This document shows, in pieces, positions 57,617 to 64,000 of a DNA stretch of 64,000 nt; the first letter of the stretch is position 1; every line of letters begins with the position of its first letter. Made by a program: the position numbers and the translations under genes. The stretch is from the NCBI RefSeq assembly GCF_033153115.1, contig NW_026889760.1, forward strand, positions 682,001-746,000, in the 5' to 3' direction. This DNA comes from Saccostrea echinata. Taxonomy: Eukaryota. The notes beneath the pieces were generated by a model. That model ran no database searches, was not told the origin of the DNA, and saw only the letters and a list, made by a program, of their open reading frames with translations.

Positions 57617-59923
57617 ATGGGTCAGAGGTTCTTTGCAGTAGCAGTTTTGAGTGTTTTGATGCAGATTCGTGGAAATGTGGATTACTGTTCGTCTGAACTA
57701 AGGTGTAGATGTTACACCTTCTCTAATGATATTCACGCCGATTGCTCGGATTTAGGCCTTAAACTGTCACCCTATTTCTGGAAAAATGTCACAGGAATCA
57801 ATCTCAGCCATAACAGTTTAATTCAGCTCCCAAACAGGAAAAAATTACCAGATAATTACTTATCTGGATCTCTCCCACAACTCTATTAGAACATTTAGAA
57901 ACTTTACATTCAAAAGACTGTGGCAGCTTTCAGTTTTAAAATTAAATTCAAACAAGTTTCGAATGAGTGAAAACATAAGTATGAACGTTTTTGCAGATTT
58001 AATCAACATAAAAACCCTAGATTTATCCGAAAATACTGAGCTCACTTTTCGAAGTTTGCCAATTCTGACCTACGGTCTTCAAAATTCCACTATTTTTTCC
58101 CTTTACTTAAACAAAATCCACTGCACATTTGGATTAGGTACAGAAATTAGAAAAGATGATGTTAGATATCTAAAACACACCAACCTTACGGAAATTCATT
58201 TATCTAGTAACAGAATAGAATTATTGGAAAAAGGGGTAATTCATTTTTTTCCTAAAACACTAAAGAGAATATCAATCGCTGACAACAGACTGGCATTTGG
58301 TACATACGTACTTGAGCTTAATGCATTGGAGAATGTGGAATGGATAAACGCAAGTATACAATATTCATCCAATAATCCCTCTGAAATTATCCAGAACAGA
58401 ACGTGTGTTGAAAATGAAAATAAAAACAAACATTTGATAAACGTACAAAATTACTCACATGGTCGCATGGATAAGGCCGGTGAATCAAGGAAGTTATTTA
58501 TGGGCTATAAAAATAGAAATGGGGGAAAATTTGCAAGATTTTATCAAAAGAAAATTTTACAAAACAGTTTTCCATTACCACCAAATGTAAAAAAGTTCTT
58601 TTACAACAAAAGTGGATTAAGGTATGAGATAACAGCAATGAGTGTAAACAAGGTGGAGGAAGTATATATTCAGAACAATATTCTATATTCATGGAAGGGT
58701 CCTATAGGAGCGGAAAGACTTCGAATACTGAACATGTCAAATAATTTTTGCTCTACAGTTTCCAAATTTTTTTTCAATCCCTTGGTAATCTCACTGAATT
58801 ATACCTAAACGATAATTTATTGGGTTTTAGTTTGTCACCAGATACTGAAGGTCAAATATTTGCAAATCTTAAAAACTTGATTCGCTTAGAGTTGAGAGCG
58901 AATAGAATTTCAAATTTACCAATTCAAGTTTTTAAAGAACTTCGAAACATTAAGGATTTAGTTCTTGCTGATAATACGCTTACAACGCTAGACTTTTGCA
59001 TTTCTACTTTAAAGAACTTACAGTTTCTTGATTTATCTGGAAACCAAATCCAGTTTCTTACCGACACAAATATGAAAGTCATTGACCGACAGACAGAAGA
59101 GGTTAGTTTAACTTTAAATCTTGCAAGAAATCCGATTTTGTGTAATTGTAAAACATTGTCATTTCTAAAGTGGATGGTAAACGGTCATGAAACTAAGAAG
59201 GTTAATTTTAAGTCATTTGAAAACTACTCCTGCACGTCCTCATCCCAAGGCAAACCATTATTGTTTTCAAAAATCAAAGAAAAGATTGAAAAGCTAGAAA
59301 AAGAATGCAATTCCTATATGTATTTGATTATATCCCTGTCATTCATCATTCTCATTTTCTTTTTTGTTCTCTTGTGTGGGTTGTTGTACAGATATAGATG
59401 GAAAATTCGTTATTTTTACTACATGACTAAAAGCCGATATCATGGATATAAATCTGTAAGAAGTGATAGCCAGTCAGATTTCAAATATGATGCTTTTGTT
59501 TCATACTCAGATGAAGATTTGCCGTTTATTCAGAAAATGATTTTGGAATTAGAAAAAAATAATGGGATACGTTTATGTATTCATCATCGAGATTTTGTTC
59601 CAGGATACGATATTTCCGAAAATATTATTACTGCTGTGAACAAAAGTAGAAAAACAGTCGTTATTTTGTCTCCAAACTTTATCAAATCCAGTTGGTGTAT
59701 GTATGAGCTGCATATTGCAAAGATGGAAGAAATATATTCTCGAGAAAATGAAGGCGTTCTCGTTTTGATATTTTATGAAGAAGTTCCTGTAGATAAAATG
59801 CCGCTTAGTGTCATGGATCTCATCAAGCAAAAGTCGTACATTGAATTTCCTAACGATGAATATGGGGATCCAGTATTCTGGAGGAGAGTAAGTGAAACCC
59901 TTCAAGACGAAGTTTTATGCTAA
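57617..59923 (+). pseudogene. Toll-like receptor (signal peptide, LRRNT, LRRs, LRRCT, TM, TIR), single coding exon, two frameshifts; either a pseudogene or consensus errors
   Basis: Signal peptide MGQRFFAVAVLSVL, then CSSELRCRC...ADCSDLGL (LRRNT), LxxLxLxxN repeats, [15 protein letters not shown] (LRRCT), a hydrophobic TM, and TIR boxes [18 protein letters not shown] and FW. Frame changes at about 57855 and in the T8 run at 58767-58774. A splice acceptor (tttcag, 57609) sits just before the ATG. Confidence 0.9.
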
Positions 59924-62900
59924 TAGAACGTGTATGTATAGTTTCATCTTTGTAAATTTGGTGCTACTTGAAGATGTTCAGGTTTTATTTTTCCATCTTT
60001 ATAGCCTTTGATTTGTCTCATTGTTCTTTTTTGTGTGTCATTTTTCCCCCCAAAATATTTGCTATATTTCACAGGGGATGCTTACTCCTCCTACGCAACA
60101 GATCCCATCTCTAGTGCTTTCAGGGGTCCGTGCTTTTGAGACTTTCCCTGTACTCGGTCTTACTTGTAGAAACTACATAAATTTTATCGTCTGTAGGTAT
60201 TTGCACTTTATGTTATTCTGTACCCAATTTTTAGCAAAAGGATGTTTTGTAAATATATCATGAATTATATCTTTTCTAATTTTTCTAATAGCATATATTT
60301 TAGTGTTCTTTTTCCAGTTGATGATTGTACCTTGTTATATTTGTTATGATGTATGGGGACTTTCAAAGAGGTTTCATATGGGAATGTATGTGGAAATTCA
60401 GCTTCCTATACAAGTAGTTGATTGACTGATAGATTGTAGAGCATAATTTTATTTGAAAATATGAGTCATGTCACAGAGTGGGAGGTGTAGTATAAGCAAG
60501 TAAGTACTATGTTAGGAAAGATTTCAGCTAGTTGTATGGCGGCAACATTTGAAAGAGGAAGAAGAAAACAAAGAGAGAAACTTCTGTAAATACGTAATTC
60601 TTATTTAGCTTGGTTAGAAATTTACCACCACACGTGATGACACAAAATTGTAATTCTGAAGAATCAGTTTTGCTTTTTCTAAACGTTGTAATATACAGAA
60701 ACCCCATTATTTGTGTACCATTTGTATTATGCTTCTGATATATAATAAAAAGGCAAATGTAATTGATCCAACTTGGTGTCATTAAACATTTTTTTTTTTT
60801 TGTTTTGGAGTTTATACCTGGCCTTTTGATTTAAAATGGATTATATGATAAACTAGAAAGCATGTAGAAGACAACTGAAAGGTATAACAAGTTCATTCAA
60901 GCAAGGGAATATCAACATAAATTGTGACATACTAGCATATGATTGATTGATTTTACGTCGTTTTACGTCCCATTCGAAAAATTTTCACTCATTTAGAGAC
61001 GTCACTATATACCGATGAAGGGCTTCAAATTAAGACCAATACTCGATACCCAGGGCTATTGAGCAGTGTGGATTCTTTATTGTGCCAACGCCTAATGTGA
61101 CACGGGACCTTGCATATGCATATGCTGAAGATGTTTAGGCCCCAAGACAAAGCTCTTTGTAGCATTTAATGAAAATTGAAATTCATCTTTAAACTTATTT
61201 TCTAACAACAAAATAAATGATATACAGAATGTTTAGTCTACCAATGTGCACATATACTTTGATACTTATGATATCTGCCTCAGATACTCAAGTGTCAAGG
61301 TGGGTCCATCTGGATCTATAACCTCTGTCCAGTGGGTTCATTCACTTATGTGTAATTTTATGCAGAAAATAAATGAAACAGGTTTCATCTTTGAATGCCT
61401 AACCTAAGAAAATCTATGTTAACGCCTTTCTGCATCATTTAACTACTTTTTTTAAATTTCTGTTATACATTCAATTATCTGGAAATTCGAATTGTGTAGG
61501 GGTATTGTTTCAAGTTCAGAACTTATAATGTACTGAAGGTATAATGTACAACAGATGCTGTAGACTCTCAGGTTATTGTTGAGCACAGTTGCCTCTTCTT
61601 TTTTGGTGTAAACTTTACGGTATTTTTTTTTTTAGAACAGATGAGAGTTTTTGTTCGCCTGAGCCTAGAAAAGAAGAAATAATTTTATCCTGCCTTTGAA
61701 AGGAATTTAGAAAAAACCCAAAAACATTCAGTTTAATTTAACCCCAGTTATAGACCCAAACTGTCAGTTTTGAAATCATTATACGTATTATACAATAATA
61801 AAATCTGTTCAATTGATTAGAAAATAGAAATAGATTATCTTCTTGCATGAATGATTTTTTTTATGATACAAGCATAACATAAACTATGACAGAACAAGGA
61901 TGCTTTTAAATTATACCTGTCATTTTAATTGTTAAAGATCAATGCCTAACTGCTAAATACATAAATATTTATTCAGTAGTAGCGAGGCATTGGGTGGAAA
62001 ATCACCTGAATTATTTACCTGTCAGCATTTTCACATTATAAACTTGAACACATGAACGACCCCCAAACTCTGCCTGCATTTGACGTTATATATTTTCCTA
62101 AAAATATAACCTCCCACTTATAGTTCATAAGATGCAAATTGTTGTCATCCTGGCTTTTTATAGGAAAAACATTTTTTTTTTCATCGAAAATTCATCAAAA
62201 TTAATTTCCTGCCATCATATTTATACGAAGAAATATCTTTCTGGGTGTTAACTTACACAAAGTGCAAATAATGAAAACTGCCTTTTAATCTCTGTTCACT
62301 ACCTTAGGAACCCAATTGCTAAATTGAATGTTGAAATCAACATTACACGAGAAATTCACAGGAAAAGCCCTATTTTTGGTTGAAATATTCCTCTTCAAAC
62401 TGTAATACTTATTCCTAAATAATAACCAGATAAAGTTAGTACAGTTCCTAAGAAAAAAAGGTGTGTATATAAATACTCATCCTGTTTCGCCCGAATAATC
62501 CCAATGTACCGAAGTAAGAATATCTAATACTATCAAAAATTAGACTAAGTTATTTCATTTTTATTATTGTTAACACAAGTCATAATTATTTCTTTTGGAA
62601 AAAGAAATACTGAAAGAACTTTCAATTCAAGGTATTACACTGCACATAATATAACGTTGATTAAAAGTAATATCTGCATTGAAAGAAGCATGTGTATTTT
62701 TGGAAATTATCAAATGATTGTTTTGTATTTTATTAAGGAATACTGGATGAACTAAGAATCTTGGTTGTAAGGAAGTACAATTCGAATTCCTAGTGAGTTC
62801 CTTATAAGCATGTTGTACTGTATTACAAGGGTCGGGATGTTGAAGACATTTATGGACTAAACTTAGAATTTTCACTTGGTTAAGTCTTGCAAAGTAATAT

Positions 62901-64000
62901 TTTGTAGACGACTTCAATTTGCAAAGATAACCTGACTGCCACATCACATAACAAGTCTAAATAGAAAATCAAATCGTCCTCAATATGAAGTTCTTTCTGT
63001 AAATTATTTTAAATTATTGAATTAATCTAACATCTTGCCCAATCGGATGTCTTGCGCATTTGACAATGTGTTGCACATGTAACTTAGAAACTTGGAAGCG
63101 GATACTTATTGCTTGACCAACTGTGATCGCCCGAAGGCGATCACAAGAATTTTTTTTAATTTTTTTTTTTTATTCTTCTCTTTTCTGATTATATTATTCA
63201 TATACCCGTTATATGTTATCATATACTCTGTCTTGTTTATGTTGAGAATGCAGAAATTTACAATTGATTAACTTCACGTCAGATGAAGCTTGATTGAGGG
63301 ATAGTGATACGTTATAGAGTATAACGAGTTTTTTTTCTTCTGGAAAGAATGAGTGGATTTAACGCCAAATTTTGGGTCTTTTTGCAAACCCTCTACCGAG
63401 CTGTAAATGAAGTGAATCCAAAATATTTCACAAGCAATAGCAAGATCTACATATACATGATTATATTAGATAAATTAAATGTGCAAAAGAAATGCCTTGT
63501 TGCCAGGAATCAAACTTTCAAACTTGAAGTAACGATACCTTAATGTCGTCGTCGGGAATTTGTCATGTATCGGAGTGATTCTTAGAGCACATAATCAATA
63601 TTAATAAGAGGCTATTCATCGGTGTCAGTGTCAACATCTCTCTCTCTCTCTCTCTAGAAATTCGAATATGTGAGTATTATATTTCAGCGATGTCAAAATG
63701 AAATTAAAAGATTTCTAAGGTAAATCAATATTTAATTTGCTAAATTAAATTCTGAGAATGGCAGACCAAACAAAAACGTGATTTAGATCGAGGTCACGCG
63801 TTTAGGAACATAATGCAATTGTTTTCACAAGTTCACTCGCAGCTGGACACCACGTGATGATTCGTAATATTCAAATTCAAAAGATACAGTACAGGCCACG
63901 AGTTTTCCCCGAAAAACACGGGGCCCCGTGGATCGCAAGTCCACGCTTTTGCGTGGACCTCGATCAATGTCGGCGTCTTTGAAGTTAGGATGTCTGCGCA

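Noticed and set aside
57850-57963. Introns explaining the TLR frame changes
   Set aside because: LRR-coding sequence is continuous across both shifts and there are no suitable GT-AG pairs.

Overview
AT-rich, intron-rich animal DNA. The repeat content (Cg170-like satellite/Helentron-type elements, bivalve-type tRNA SINEs) suggests a bivalve, probably an oyster. The window holds two host genes, both on the + strand. (1) The 3' part of a TRANK1/LBA1-like SF1 (UvrD-like) helicase-TPR gene, reconstructed by hand as 14 phase-consistent GT-AG exons from 26 to 36562 (about 2155 aa; the 5' end lies outside the window). (2) A Toll-like receptor with a single coding exon at 57617-59923, broken by two frameshifts. 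One helicase intron carries a full-length but decayed Ty3/Gypsy LTR retrotransposon (17658-25563, TSD TTAT) whose integrase ends in a PHD finger rather than a chromodomain. Another intron carries two tandem minimal hammerhead ribozyme motifs 207 nt apart on the minus strand, abutting a Penelope-like element tail. The rest is a dense, nested mix of SINEs, Penelope-like and RTE relics, a deleted mariner, several MITEs, Helentron-type satellite carriers and a solo LTR, plus a diverged ~1.3 kb non-coding duplication. All calls were made by eye with no database search; family names rest on remembered motifs.
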